A stretch of DNA of 63,721 bases, counting the filler, from Octopus bimaculoides (Eukaryota): the NCBI RefSeq assembly GCF_001194135.2. It is 9 parts of 8 records of this genome, joined end to end, with 100 filler letters (N's around TTAATTAATTAA, not from the genome) between each part and the next. Parts side by side here need not be neighbours in the genome. Positions count along the whole stretch, not along the records: positions 39,280 to 52,742 come from NC_068991.1; positions 52,843 to 60,965 come from NC_068990.1; 7 more parts are not named here. One strand, written 5' to 3'. Both the position numbers and the translations under genes were made by a program. This document shows, piece after piece, positions 39,510-53,830 of this stretch. Each line of letters begins with the position of its first letter. The first letter of the stretch is position 1. The notes beneath the pieces are model-generated. The model made no database searches. It saw only the letters and a program-made list of their open reading frames with translations, and was not told the DNA's origin.

Positions 39510-40038
39510 CATATGTGTGTGTGTGCGCGCTTGCATGCGTGCGTATGTTTCTGTGCCTGCGCGTATACATGTACGTATACATTTACATATACATGCATGC
39601 ATGCATGACTGTGAGAGCGTCTTTGCGTGTGCAGCGTACGTACGTGTGCAAGTGCCCATCTCTATATATTTGTAATCGGACATTAGTGTATGTATTAAGC
39701 CGAGTGAAGTGGTGATCTGCTCAGAGGTATAAAAACAAGGTGAGACAGTAAGTGTAATTACTCTTATTAGAGGCATTAACATTCAGTGTCACCGTTTTAT
39801 TGGTCGGTCGTCGGAGCCCTTAGCAAGGTATTTGTAGTTGCGCCAACTTGAACAAACTCACCAAACACCAAAATGCTAGCGCCTGCCCAACCTCTCACCC
39901 TTGATTTTCGTTCTCTTTTACACACCCGCACCCGCTTCCATAACTCGCCGGTATCTTGATAATGTTTTCAGCATTCTAACGGAAAAAGAAATTACACCAA
40001 CTCACACACACACACAGATACATAACTATATGTGATTG

Positions 40039-40079
<41 letters not shown>

Positions 40080-40080
40080 C

Positions 40081-40140
<60 letters not shown>

Positions 40141-40492
40141 TATATATGTGTCCGTGAGTGTCTGTGCAATTGTGAGTGTACAAGCAGATATGTATTATGT
40201 ATGTATGTATGTATGTATGTATGTATATATGTATGTGTGTCTGTCTCTTTGTTTGTGTATATGTATGTATATTTGTATGAATATATATATATATATACAG
40301 ACACACACATGTGTATATATACTTGTGTGTATATATGAATGTATATGCATATTGTATGGGTTCAGAGTATACGTGTGCGCAAAAAGATGCCAACCAAAAA
40401 AAAGTGTAGAGGACTGAATTTTAGCGTTGAGTATGACAATGGTTGTAGTGATGCTGTCTGTGGGAGGAGATGACTCTTTGTTAGCAATGTTT

Positions 40493-40723
40493 GAAAAGTA
40501 TACCTCCATACGTATACTTAAACACACACACACAAACATACACACCCAAATGCACACATAAGCTCACGCAGATGACCTTATATACATACACATACACACA
40601 CACTCAAACACACACACACACACACACACAAACACACACGCCCAGACACACACAAATCCAAACACACACACACATACCAAAACTCACTCACACACATACA
40701 TATGTATATATGTGTGTATGTGC

Positions 40724-40756
<33 letters not shown>

Positions 40757-40766
40757 AGTCTGTGTG

Positions 40767-40799
<33 letters not shown>

Positions 40800-40943
40800 C
40801 TGTGTGCATGTGCGTGCCTGTGTGTTTGTATATATATATATATACATATATACTGTATAGGGATCGGTATACACAGATATACATACATATATATATATAC
40901 ATGCGTAGAAATATATACATGTATAATCATATGAACATACATG

Positions 40944-40977
<34 letters not shown>

Positions 40978-41346
40978 AACATATAAAACATATATATGCA
41001 TTATTATACAGATATGCGTGTGGGGTTGTGTATATAAGTATGTTCGTTGTTTGTATATAAGTATATATAAACCAATATATGTCCACACGCACTCACGTGT
41101 GTGTGTGTGTGTGTGCGTGCGTGTATTTATGAGTGTGTCTATATATGGGCCCGTGTTGGATAGGAAGTATGTGATTGTGCGAAAATTTATAACAAAACAA
41201 ATTTTGAAACAAAAACAAAACAAAGAAATAATATAATAGTAACAAAGAATGTGACACAAAGAAACGATTTAAAGTTAAAAATGCTACGAAAAGAAAATAT
41301 CAATAATGAGGAAAATATTAATAACAACAACAACAACAACAACAAC

Positions 41347-41397
<51 letters not shown>

Positions 41398-41551
41398 TAT
41401 AATAATGACAAAGGTAAAGTAATAACAGTAGTAATGCAACATAACCAACACACAGCTTTACCAACAGCAAATGCGACCATATTTTCAACTCTACCTACAC
41501 ACTCACACATATATATATACATGTATATACACACTATATATATGTATGTGT

Positions 41552-41644
<93 letters not shown>

Positions 41645-41940
41645 TATATAGATATAGATATACATGTATATATATACAGGTACATGTATACCTATACATA
41701 TATATATACATGTATGGATATGTATGTTTATGTATATTATATATATATATACATACATTCATACATACATACATATATATGTATGAATTGTTTGAAAAGT
41801 ATACCTCCATACGTATACTTAAACACACACGCACAAACACACACACTCAAACACACACACACACACACAAACACACACGCCCAGACACACACAAACCCAA
41901 ACACACACACACACCAAAACTCACTCACACACATACATAT
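40493..41940 (+). repeat. Local direct duplication (40493-40705 versus 41793-41940)
   Basis: Shared TTTGAAAAGTATACCTCCATACGTATACTTAAACACACAC...CCCAGACACACACAAA.CCAAACAC...CCAAAACTCACTCACACACATACATAT. Confidence 0.85.
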
Positions 41941-42642
41941 ACAATTTGGCAGCAGTGACGTCACAACTAATATATATCAAAAAATAACGTCAAATGACGG
42001 CAAAAAGATGTCAAAAAGATCTTTAAAAGATGTTAAAAGGCGCTTTGCTAGGCCAATCATAGATATCCTGTTATTAAATGGATAAAGAGAAAACAAGAAG
42101 ACAATAAGCTAGAAAACAAAATAAAAACGAAAACGGTGGCCAATGAAAAAGTTATATAAATAAATAGATAAATAAATAAATATCAGTGAAAGAGTAAACA
42201 AAAAACAACACGCAAAGATTCGAAACATGTAGGCGATGGTGAGAAGGAAACAGAACTAAATACAAGAACCAATAGATGCGAAAAAATAGGGAAAAGTGAC
42301 AGTTAGTGTAGGGGGACAAAGTAGGGTGTCCCAGTGTAGAAAGATGGGTGGTGTTCAATACCTTAGGTTATAGAGAAAGGGAGAAAAAAAATGATATGGA
42401 TAAAGTGTCCCAAAGAAAAAAATCTCACACCAAATTTTGGAAGGCGGGAATTTCCATGTCTGTCGGTCTGTCTCAGTGTTTCTGCATGTATATACATACA
42501 AGCACTTATACATACACACGCACATACACACGCGCATACATATATATATACACGTACTTATACAATGACACGTGTGTATATATATATACATATATATGTA
42601 TAAAATATACATGTAAGTATATTTGTACATATATACATGTAA

Positions 42643-42676
<34 letters not shown>

Positions 42677-42752
42677 ACATGTGTGTGTGTGTTATTTTCT
42701 AACTTCTGCAGATTGAAAATAATATCTATGAATCGATCTATTCATCTATGTA

Positions 42753-42845
<93 letters not shown>

Positions 42846-43394
42846 GTGTGCTTTGAGCCAAATCGATTAAGTTGGATACATGTATATAATGATGTGTGTG
42901 AATATGTATATGCATATCATGTGTGCATACACACATACATACACACATATGATGATAAGAAGAAAACGATGATGAAAATTATTATTATTATTATTATTAT
43001 AATTATTATTACGATGGGGATGATGATGATGATGATGATGATTGAAGGTTACGGTGCCTAATGCAATCTTATGTATATGAAAACAAAAACCGGTTGACCA
43101 AGACCAGAATGTCTCTGATAAAGAGTAGGTCTACACTTTCAGGGATGACCTGTCTCACAACATTTCTAACAATAACCACCACCACAACAACAAGCCATTT
43201 GTTTAACGTCGTACATTATTTCTGCATAAACAGCGACAAAGAGCATTCTTTAAATCATGGATATGCTCCATCTGGTTTGACCTAGGAGTAAACAACAAGA
43301 ACATCGTAGGTAATGATTCAACGAGCTAAAAATATACTTCCATGTTGTGGTTCGAATTTTTTTAAAATAGCAAGAAATCTCCTTGAAATTGCAT

Positions 43395-43790
43395 TTTATT
43401 GTCTACTAAAAAGGAAGGACTCGGTGATGACATAGCTGTGGAAACATTAAAAACCCCCTTCGGTCATGAATGATCATAGGATTGCACCTAGAAAGTTCCC
43501 CTCCGAGGCACAAGTCCGGTCGAAGTTGTTTATGGAAGACCAGCAGTCGTCCATGCATACCATCCTCCCCTCTCCGCGCCACCGGTGTTACCCAGGAGAA
43601 AGGCAAAGGCTGCTACAATTTGGCAGCAGTTACGTCACAACTAATTTCTACAGCTGATTGAACTGGGGCAACGTGAAATGAAGTGTCTTGCTCAAGAACA
43701 CAACACACAGCCTGGTCCAGGGATCGAACTCACTACCTCATGATTGCGAGCCCGACGTTTTTACTACGGAGCCATGTGCTTTCTCTGTGG
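43395..43790 (-). mobile_element. tRNA-derived SINE of the same family as 11296-11633
   Basis: Shared GGATTGCACCTA.AAAGTT.CCCTCCGAGGCACAAGTC...GAAATGAAGTGTCTTGCTCAAGAACACAAC. Confidence 0.88.
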
Positions 43791-43914
43791 ACACATTATA
43801 TTTGAATAAAAGATCAGTTGGTCACAACTTGACCGTCTTTGATGATCAAATTGCCATCTTTTCATTTTTCCTCATGTGCCTACAAGACTGGGTCTGATTC
43901 GGTGCTTGGCACAA

Positions 43915-44265
43915 GATCAGCAATTTCAGTGAAAGGTTTAAGTCGATTACACCGACCCCAGTATTCAACTAGTACTTAGTTTAATGACCCCGAAAGGATG
44001 AAAGGCAAAGTCGACCTCGGCGGGATTTGAACTCAGAACGTAAAGACAGACGAAATGCCACTAAGCATTACGTCCGGACTGCTAATGATTCTGCCAACTC
44101 GCCGCCTTAAAGCCACTAGTAATAATCCTTTCTCCTGAGGGCACACGGCCTTGAAATTTTATGGGAGGGGACTAGTCGATTACATCGACCCCAGTGTTTC
44201 ACTGGTACTTCATTTATCGACCCTGAAAGGATGAAAGGCGACGTCGACCTCGGCGGAAAAGTCAC
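43915..44265 (-). mobile_element. Tandem family-B SINEs
   Basis: Two GACCC.GAAAGGATGAAAGGC-AAGTCGACCTCGGCGG units. Confidence 0.85.
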
Positions 44266-45039
44266 TAGTAATAATGACAGATATTCTGTGTGCTGTTGAA
44301 AATGCTAAAAATAGCAACCAAATTTCTGCCTGCTCACTTATGAAGCGGCACATTGAACAATGTTGACCTCAGCAAAAAAGAAGATAGTCCGGTCATTATG
44401 TTTGTTTGTTCCATCAAGGTTGACTTAGGGTTTAAACAACGATATTAACTATGTTATGTATTAATATAATGTAGTTCTGCATAAACTAAATCTGAATAAA
44501 AGATTGGGTAGATATCGTATGCCTTCTCAAAAGTAACCTGAGACTCAATGGCAACAATAACAATGATAATGAACAACATTCAATAAGAGAATGTATACAA
44601 GCAACTGTGTTAACCAAACAACTCAATATTAGCCAACAATGACAATAACAATGATATCAAGACTAACAACAACAATAATTCTAACGAAACCCACTGCAAT
44701 TTGATGAAGGCATCAAGAAACAAAAAGAAAAACAAATATGAAACCCTCAACGAATGTATAAAGAACTGGTGAAAGACATTTCAGTAGAAAACCAAAATAC
44801 AAAAAAAAAAAGAAAGAAAACGGTGGCATTCACCTAAAGATGAAGCCTATCGTAATCAAACGTTTTTGGGAAGACATAGGGCAGAGTTAACTTCTTAAAT
44901 TTTCCTTTCTCACTTAGCTGGCTTTTCGTACATGTAGCTGCACGCACAATCTGTGTGTCTGTAGTATATTTTCTCTCTCCCTCTCCTGCCCCCTTTCTCT
45001 GTCTCCCTCTCCCACCCCCTCTCTTTGTCTTTCTCTCTC

Positions 45040-45080
<41 letters not shown>

Positions 45081-45769
45081 TTGTATGTATGTATAATATG
45101 TGTATGTATGATATATCTACGTATCTAATGTATACGTGATGCTCAATATATATATTTTATTCATCTAGATATGTATGTGTATACTCAGATAAGTATTAGC
45201 TGCTTTTTTGTTTCATGCACGATTCTGTGTATCTGTGTGTGTGTGTGTGTGTGTGTGGGTGTGTATTCTCAAACACAAACACGTGTGTGTTTGCATTTAT
45301 ATCAGTAAATATATAGATGTCATTGTACATTCGTTGAACCCCCTGCTTTTATCTTTTTTAGTTAAGGGAAAGTCAATGCTCTAAAACCAGAAGCTCACTC
45401 CGAATACTTGCCACAAAGCAGACTCTGATAAAGGATTACCAGGTGATAATATTTCTAAAACCGTATAAGCCATCGTGGAATTTGAACTCGTAACGCAGAA
45501 TCCAGTAACAAATACAGCACAAGACATCTAGTCCGATTTTCTTACATTTACGCCAGTTCACCGCCTTGGGTCGGTACGATTTTTCATAACCCCAAAAGAA
45601 GGAAAAGCAAAATTAGCATCAGCTGCTTGTGAAGGAAAGCATCTTGTTTTGTTCATCATCCTTTAAATCTTAAGTTCTTCCAGAATTTTATAGTCCCAGA
45701 TATCGTGATCATTTGTAGTGTGTGAATTAGGGAGTTGCGTTCTCTCCCCAAGACTCTAAGTTCAGCCAT

Positions 45770-46960
45770 ATTTTGTTCGAGACGAGTTGGTACCTACCCT
45801 GTTGTACCAGTAATAATAGGTATGAAGCTGAAAGTGTATCCTTGGTACTGGATTTTCACACTTCTGATCAATGATGCATAGATGTCCTCTTTCTCTTGTA
45901 ATTTTCTAACTACATTGGTGCACAGAGGGCAACTAATTTCTAGGACAAACCGTATCTTTTCCTTGCGGTCCCACACAACAGCATCTGACATGTGTTTTAA
46001 CTTGATGATTGTTTTAATTTTTTAAGTTCTACCAATATTATTTTGACCCATCGATCTCAAAATAGTCAACATCGTCTCTAGTTGTTTCCTGTTGTGCTAT
46101 CCTGCTCCAGACTGTTCTGGCCTCTGTATCATGTTTCATGGGAAAATATTATCTGGATGACATTCTCTTGCAGTTGGCAATAATGTCGTCGATGTTTTCA
46201 ATCTACATTTGTCAATCTTTTTCTGCCTTTTATGATGTAGGTAATTAATGGGAATCTCTTGTTTTTGAATTGCATGGCGGGAGCCTTCGAAGTGGGATGT
46301 CATAAACTTGTCGGTACTCCATGCCAAGCTTTTGACATGATCAATTCCTTCTATGGTTTGTGTTTTTCGCGCTCTGGTCCATTTCTTATTTTTTTTCTTT
46401 TAGCAAATATTTTACCAATGATCCTTGGGGAGACAACTATCAGCTCTTATTTCATGCCTCTCCGTAAGTTCATTATGCTTGTTGCATACTGGGAGTTGAG
46501 ACGACCATATTTTCTTTACTCTGCTGAGATATTCATACCTGGTCCTCTTCTTATTTATGGGTCCATCATATTTGATACTTTCATCTTGTCCAAGATACCT
46601 ACAATTGTCACTTGAGTGCAGAGGGTGACTTGTCAAGCCGCTCGTTTTTAGATTTTCCACGTTTTATCGACAAAGAAGTACATTTGGACTCGCCAAATTT
46701 TATTCCTATGTTTGTATAAAATTAGGTAATGGGGTCCAGTGGTTTTTATTTGGTTCATATTTGATCTATACAGTTTCAGGACATCGACAAAGAAAAGATG
46801 GGAGATACTTCTGGATCCATTTCTATGGCCACTGTTTTGTGAGTAGGTATAATGGGTGGGTTTAATGACACGACGATGAACAATACTGATAGCCTATCAC
46901 CCTGAAAGATACCTTTTTTGGAATTGAATGCTATGACACTCAATTTGCTCCTCATCACTC
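45770..46960 (-). mobile_element. Decayed, internally deleted Dong/R4 LINE (RT through REL)
   Basis: KKGIFQGDRLSVLFIVVSLNP; YLGQDESIKYDGPINKKR...YLSRVKKIWSSQL; DAVVWDRKEKIRFVLEISCP...FIPIITGTTG. Confidence 0.85.
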
Positions 46961-46967
46961 TTTTGTG

Positions 46968-47001
<34 letters not shown>

Positions 47002-48310
47002 TGTATGTATGTATGCATGCATGCATGCATGCATGCATGTATGCATGTATGAATGAATGAATGAATGAATAAATGAATGAGTCTGTTTCTGAAATTCTTT
47101 GAATTTAAAACTTATCGAACCGGCCTGTGTGTGAACATACACGCCAGGTCGATATGTTTTTTTTATTTTCTTCCGTTTTATTTGTCACAGTTAAACTGAT
47201 ATTGTATAACGATTACCCAGTTGTCGCTATCAGGGTTAACTTTTGGAAAGTTGTAGCTGGAGATTGACAAAGTTAAAGTTACTGGCTTTAACTTTGTGGA
47301 GTAGAACGAAAGAAAAGAAGGACGGAGGACATACAGTTACATATCATTAGTCTATAAATAGATTCAATAGATGTAGGCAGGGAACCAGCAAACAACTGCT
47401 TGCACGCATATGATCAGCAAAGGTTGAGATGTGTAATTAGAGCAATAATAGTTACTGCTGCTGTGATTAATGAGAGTGATGGTAGATTTTGAGGGCTGAT
47501 TTACTTTGTTCTGTTTCAATTACCGTTGACCTTATTTTTTCCAGTATTAAATGAAGTTTTAATGAGCTTTACAGTTATACAGTTTTACAGTTGTACAGTT
47601 TTCATAGCGGAGTGGTTTAATATGTCAGTCGCTTACCTTCTGCGTTTGTTATCAGTTCTGCAAAGTGTTCTGAGTTTTGAAATTTGAAAGTGCTAAAATT
47701 TGTCAGAAAATTGCAGATATTCAATTTGTTTTTCTAAATTTACATGAAAGAGGAATGTTTGCGTGTTCGAACATTAGAAGAATCTAAGAAATTAAAAATT
47801 GGTATGAAAGCTATGGCACACTACAAAGAAAAGAAAGATATATAATACTTTAGTAATATGATTTCATTAAAAAAAAATGTAAACGTTTAAATTACATTTA
47901 CTGGTAAATCATTTTGTTGTTTGTATAAATTCAAAGTTCTCAATGGGAGATCATTGAAAATGAATTTTAGAATGAGTTTTGGCGAAAACACCTATCTATA
48001 ACAACCTGTCCGAAAAACCTAATAACTACTCCACTCAAACATACCCGTACCCAAGGAAGATTTTAACTCACTTGAGTCTATATAAAGCCAGAATTAAATT
48101 CAGTGCATCCGACTGTGGCTTAACTAGCCGGAACTCCGAAGTCACTTTCAATAATATGCTTGGTCAAGAACTAAATGTATACTCTCAACTACATGGTTCT
48201 GAATTTAGTCCCATTGCCTGACATCTTAGCGAAGTGTCTTCTATTATAGCCTCGAACCGACCAAAGTCTTGTGAGTAGATTTGTTAGACGGAAACTGTAA
48301 GAAGCCCGTC

Positions 48311-48394
<84 letters not shown>

Positions 48395-48811
48395 TGGGGG
48401 GATGTGTGTGTTTGTCTCCCACACAACTTCACAGTGAGTGATGGTTGGTATACGTCTCCATAACTCAGCGTTCCGGCAAAAGAGATATATACAATAATTA
48501 CAAGGCTTCAAAAATATGAACTGGGGTCGATTCGTTCGACTAAAATCTTTCTAGGAGGTGCCCCATCATGGCCGCAGTCTAACAACTGAAACAAGATTAT
48601 AATAATAATACACACACACATACACACACACACACACACACACATATAACACACCAACAAAGATACATATATAAGTATGTATGCGTATATATTTGTATGT
48701 ATAGGCAATTCAACAATAAAAACAAGTCATAAGGACATACACAGTAAATGTATTAGGTTAACGCTTAGTTTAAGATGGAAAAACGGGTGTATGTGTGATG
48801 TTATATATATA

Positions 48812-49700
48812 TATGAGGAGATACTTAAGAGTCACCGAAAACGTTCCCTGTGGGACAAGCCCGTTGTCGTTCAGGCTTCCGCCGCTGGAAGGCATTTGAT
48901 GCGACCCCCAGGCATCAGTATGCCAACTGGCGTTGTCGAGCGACGTCGTACTGTCGCGTAGTGTGTCTTTGTTTTGCCGTACTTCTTCCCTGCTCGTCGA
49001 TTTTTGTGATGGCTGAAACGAAGGAAGTGTGCTTCCGTAAAATTCTGTTTTCTGCCGGGGAAAACGGTGGCCGAATCTGTTGTCATGCTTTAAACAGCTT
49101 ATCAGGAAGCTGCCATGAGCAAAAGACAAGTTTATGAGTGGTTTTCACGCTTTAGGAATGATCACTTGTCACTTGAAGACCAACGCCGTTCAAGGCAACC
49201 GTCGACCTTCTGAACGAATGAAAATATGAAAATTCGTGAACTGATCTTAGAGGACCGCCACCGAACAATTGACGAACTTGTTTATATGACTGATGTGTCC
49301 TGGAGCTCTTGACAACGAACTTTGAGCGGGGAATTGCTAATGGATAGAGTTGCAGTAAAATTTGTGCCTCGTTTGCTCACGGGAGATCAAAAGCAGTCAC
49401 GCCTGAACGCGTGTCGTGAACTGAAAGAACAGTTGGAAGTTGATCCGAATCTTTTTCGAAGTTCATTACTGGTGACGAAAGCTGGTGCTACGGAATTTCC
49501 AGGTGTGGAGGAGGTGAAGAAAAAAAGAACGGAGGCGTTAAAAAGCATCACGTAGCAAAGGTTCCAGCTCTGCTTCGAAAACTGAAAGACGCATCTGGAC
49601 CGATGCATTGCTTCAAATGGAGAATACTTTGAAGGCGAAAAAAGTGTAAACATGCACAACTAAGTGAGTAAAATAATATTGCAAAATTCCGGGGGGAGAG
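48812..49700 (+). mobile_element. Mariner (DD34D-type) element with internal deletion; right end lost
   Basis: TATGAGGAGATACTTAAGAG TIR-like start; ATG 49009 leads to VKFCFLPGKT...MSKRQVYEWFSRFR...RVAVKFVPRLLTGDQKQSRL...DRCIASNGEYFEG; the catalytic region is deleted. Confidence 0.9.
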
Positions 49701-49749
49701 TTATTCTCTTTTAGTGTCTTATTATTTAACACACTCACCGGTAAAGTTT

Positions 49750-51930
49750 CCATACATTCACTTATTTATTATTCCTAAAATTTTCGTTGCGTCTCCCAAC
49801 CTTTTCAATAGTCGTTGACTCTGTCCGTTCTCCGAGCTGCGTTCTTTTCGTTTGCGCGCATGTGTGTGGGTTGGTGTGCGGATACACATGTATGTATGTA
49901 TGTATGTATGTATGTATGCATGGTTGCATATAAGTGTGTGTATGCATGTATGTGTGTGTGTGTGTGCCCGAATGTATATATGTATGTATTCTCCATATTC
50001 ATGTGTTTGTGTGTACGTGTTTGCGTGTTTTTATGTGTGTGTGTGTGTTTGCATGTGCGTGTGTGCATGTACCTCTGTCTCCTTGTGTGTGCATGTCTGA
50101 GTTTGTCAGTGTATGAGTTTTTTTGACTATGTACTGTATCTGTATGTATGGATATGAGTCTCCATATGTACCTATCCGCCTGTAAGTCTATCTGTATACG
50201 TTTATTCATTTACCTACATACACGTGCATATACATATACGTGGACGTATACATACATACACACATACATACATACATACATACATACATACATACATACA
50301 TACATACATCTACATAACAGCCCACTAACTATTCTACCTGCATATAAATATAAACTGTGGGTATGGGTGTATGACTACCTACTACGTATATTTCCTATTT
50401 AGTATTGAGGAAGTTTCATTTATGAGGACGTACTCCTGTATTTATCTGAGCGTTGGATCCTTTGAGTGCTTAGATAAAATGCGGACGTCAAGTTAACCCG
50501 GGTTGCCTCCACGCTGGTCCTTGGCATGTTGGTAGAGTATGGAGGACTGTTTTTTGTCGTCATATTGTCTCAAATGTTCATTTAGAATTTCCCCAATGCT
50601 CTTAGATATCTCTCTTATGTATGTCATGGTTATGTCTTTACAAGCACCTTTTATGAGCCTTATGTTGTAGACTACATTTCTAGTTAATGCCAGGGTTAAT
50701 CCTACATACTGTTAATTCCAGGGTAAATCCTACATACCGTGCAGTTCTCATTGGTGCATATGGCATTCTCAAAGGGGTACGTCCTACATAGCAGTGATCT
50801 GATAGAGTTCCCTGGCTTTTCAACGATCTTAATGTTGAGTTTGGTCTCCTTCAGGGCTTTCCTAAATCTACGGGCTACTTCTCCATGAGCTGCGGCCTCT
50901 ACAAACATCACTCCTTAATATTCGTCGGTTTTGTGTTACGTGTTCACCCAGTTTGCTTTGTCACAAACTCTTTGCATTCTATTCCATTCCTTACTTCTAT
51001 ATCTAGGGCGGTACCACTGGTTTCATTACATATAATACTATCTAAATTCTTTCTAGCTCATCTGTATACCTGAACCCTATCTTTCTGATTATATCGAGAG
51101 AATTGCATGCGATGCATGAAGTTCTCTATAAAGGTTTCTTCATTTCATAGTGTTTGCATAGTGGATACGCTTTGTTCATTATTCTAACTAAATCTGCTAT
51201 CAGTATGTTGATTTTCATGTTGTGTGACAAAGCTGAGATCTTGTGAACAACATATTTCGAAGCTGTGGGTTTCATATAATAGAAGTGGAGTCTCTAACCA
51301 AAGTTCAGTATCAAGGACGGGGAGTCTATTCTTGGGGTGCCAAGTGAAGTAATCTATAGTTACCTTGATTCTTTAGTGGATGGAGTTAGCTACTTGCTCT
51401 CCATTATATTCCTCTTAATTTCTACATCACCGTTTATATTTATATACAGGTAGACTAGTTTGTGGCTTGTTATGTAGATGCAGGCATGTGTGAGTATGTA
51501 TATGTACACATATATGTACATGCATATGTGTGTGTGTAAATGGATATGAATGTAAGCAGTTAGACATACAGACGGATAGGTACATAGGTAATGTGAACAG
51601 ACATGCACACATACACACATACATACGCAAATGAAGACTGAAACGCATGACCATATACACACACACTTCACTTCACACAAGGACACATATGGAGACACAC
51701 ATCCATACATATATACATACGCACACACACACATACATGCGTGCATACACTTACATGCATACGTATATACATACATACATGCGTTTGCGTACACACACTG
51801 ACCCACACACATGCGCACAAACAAACAAGAAGAACGCGGCTCGGGTAACGGACAGAGTCAACGTCTATTGAAAAGGTTGCAAGATGCAACGAAAATTTTA
51901 GGAAAGAAAAAAAAGTTAATGAATGTGTAC
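49750..51930 (-). mobile_element. Penelope-like element fragment (RT C-terminus + GIY-YIG) enclosed by inverted pLTR-like arms
   Basis: Minus strand 51400-50400: FYYMKPTASKYVVHKISALSHNMKINILIADLVR...KIVEKPGNSIRSLLCRTYPFENAICTNENCTVC...RNVVYNIR...TYIREISKSIGEILNEH...SSILYQHAK; arms ~49750-50360 and ~51430-51930 are reverse complements. Confidence 0.88.
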
Positions 51931-52111
51931 TCGCCAGGTACAACAAAATATGCTTCAACACACGAATCCACATAAACAATCTTGCAAACCAAATCCCAAA
52001 ATGAAGTGTATATATATATATATATATATACACTTCATTTTGGGATTTGGTTTGCAANNNNNNNNNNNNNNNNNNNNNNNNNNNNNNNNNNNNNNNNNNN
52101 NNNNNNNNNNN

Positions 52112-52156
<45 letters not shown>

Positions 52157-52687
52157 CTGTATGTATGTATGTATGTTTGCATGCATGTATGTGTATTTAC
52201 ATATATACATACATGCATGTATATGTATATACACTCATATATATACACACATAAACATATACATACATGTACCAATACAGAAATAGGTCAATGTTGTTTC
52301 TACTCTCTTCTTAAATATATGAACAGTATAACTTTGAAATGTGATTGGATGCCTGAAAAACTGAATAACAAAACGGAAAGAAAACAACATGATTGAAGAG
52401 TAATTTCTCCTGGAAGGAAAGACAACAACACCGTCGTCTTGGTGGTGATAACATATAATTATGAAATCGTTGGGGGGAAAAAAACAACAACAACAACAAA
52501 GAAACAAACGTAATTTAAGACAATTTAAATATGGACCGTTTAACACAAAAAAATCTAAAGACAAATTATGCACCAATATTGTGTTTTCAGCTTAGAGATG
52601 GTATTTTAAAATATTAAGTTACGGATAACTAGTTCACTGGGTTGCCTCAAATGTCCCGTTCTGCATACATTATTTGTCCCTCAGTAT

Positions 52688-52742
<55 letters not shown>

Positions 52743-53479
52743 NNNNNNNNNNNNNNNNNNNNNNNNNNNNNNNNNNNNNNNNNNNNTTAATTAATTAANN
52801 NNNNNNNNNNNNNNNNNNNNNNNNNNNNNNNNNNNNNNNNNNTATATACGGATAATACAAATGATATGTAAGCGTATGTAGATGCATATCCGGGTACAGG
52901 ACGTCAAAAAAGCGTGGACAAAAAAGGAACGGGAACATAAGCAAAGCACAAAAACGAACTTTTTTTGCGGACAACAGAATGAAAGCATAGGAAAACAGAC
53001 AAGCCAAGTATGGAACTTTTCCTTCATCAGCTGCCTCTATTCTAAACTAGGCGTTTCGAAGATGAGGCAGAAAAAGCTCTTAGAATACCTCTTCCCGCAA
53101 TGCAAATTAAATAAAACCTGCTATGGTGAGGATTCCAAAGTGGCAAACAGAAATCAAGACAAGGAAAACTAAACAAGGAAAACAAACGTTGAGGGCCGTT
53201 AAGCCGAACGAGTTGAGATACTGAACGCTGTGATATCTATATATATATAATTGAGATGTATTGTAAAAAAAATGGCATTACTCGGAACTGCACGCATACT
53301 TCGACCCCGAAAGGATGAAAGATAAAGTCAACCTCGGTGGCTTTTGAACTCAGAACGTAGCGACGGGCGAAATTCCGCTTAGCATTTCGTCAGACGCGCT
53401 TAACGATTCTCTGCCAGCTCACCACCTCAATAACAATAATAATAATGATAATAATAATAACAATAATAATTATCAATAA

Positions 53480-53830
53480 ATCATATTAGCTCTGGCTGCC
53501 CAGTCCTTGCTAAAAAGAAATATATTCACAGACACGACAGAGCTGGGACCTATATACACTGGAAGTTATGCCAACACTATGGAATAACAACAGAAAAAAG
53601 ATGGTATAAACACACGCCAGAAAAGGTCACAGAAAACGAGAAAGCAACCATACTCTGGGATATGCCAATACACACAGATAGAGAAATTAAGGGAAATAGA
53701 CCAGATATAGTTGTCAAAGATCATGAAGAAAAAAATGCTTTGTAATTGATGTATCAATACCAGCAGATGACAACGTTTCCCTAAAAGAAATGGAAAAACT
53801 TTCAAAATACAAAGACCTGGAAATAGAGGT
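53480..53830 (+). mobile_element. Young Dong/R4 LINE 3' region, truncated by a gap
   Basis: WYKHTPEKVTENEKATILWDMPIHTDREIKGNRPDIVVKD...IDVSIPADDNVSLKEMEKLSKYKDLEIE; (TAA)n on the left and after the gap. Confidence 0.92.

Noticed and set aside
45362-45442. Plus-strand open phase 0-0 segment LRESQCSKTRSSLRILATKQTLIKDYQ with a good acceptor
   Set aside because: Weak donor (gtgata), no ERLEC1 similarity, and it abuts SINE remnants; likely chance.
48079-48104. TATATAAAG followed by TCAGT (TATA plus Inr)
   Set aside because: Spacing is short (~23 nt), such words are common in AT-rich DNA, and no downstream gene is supported.
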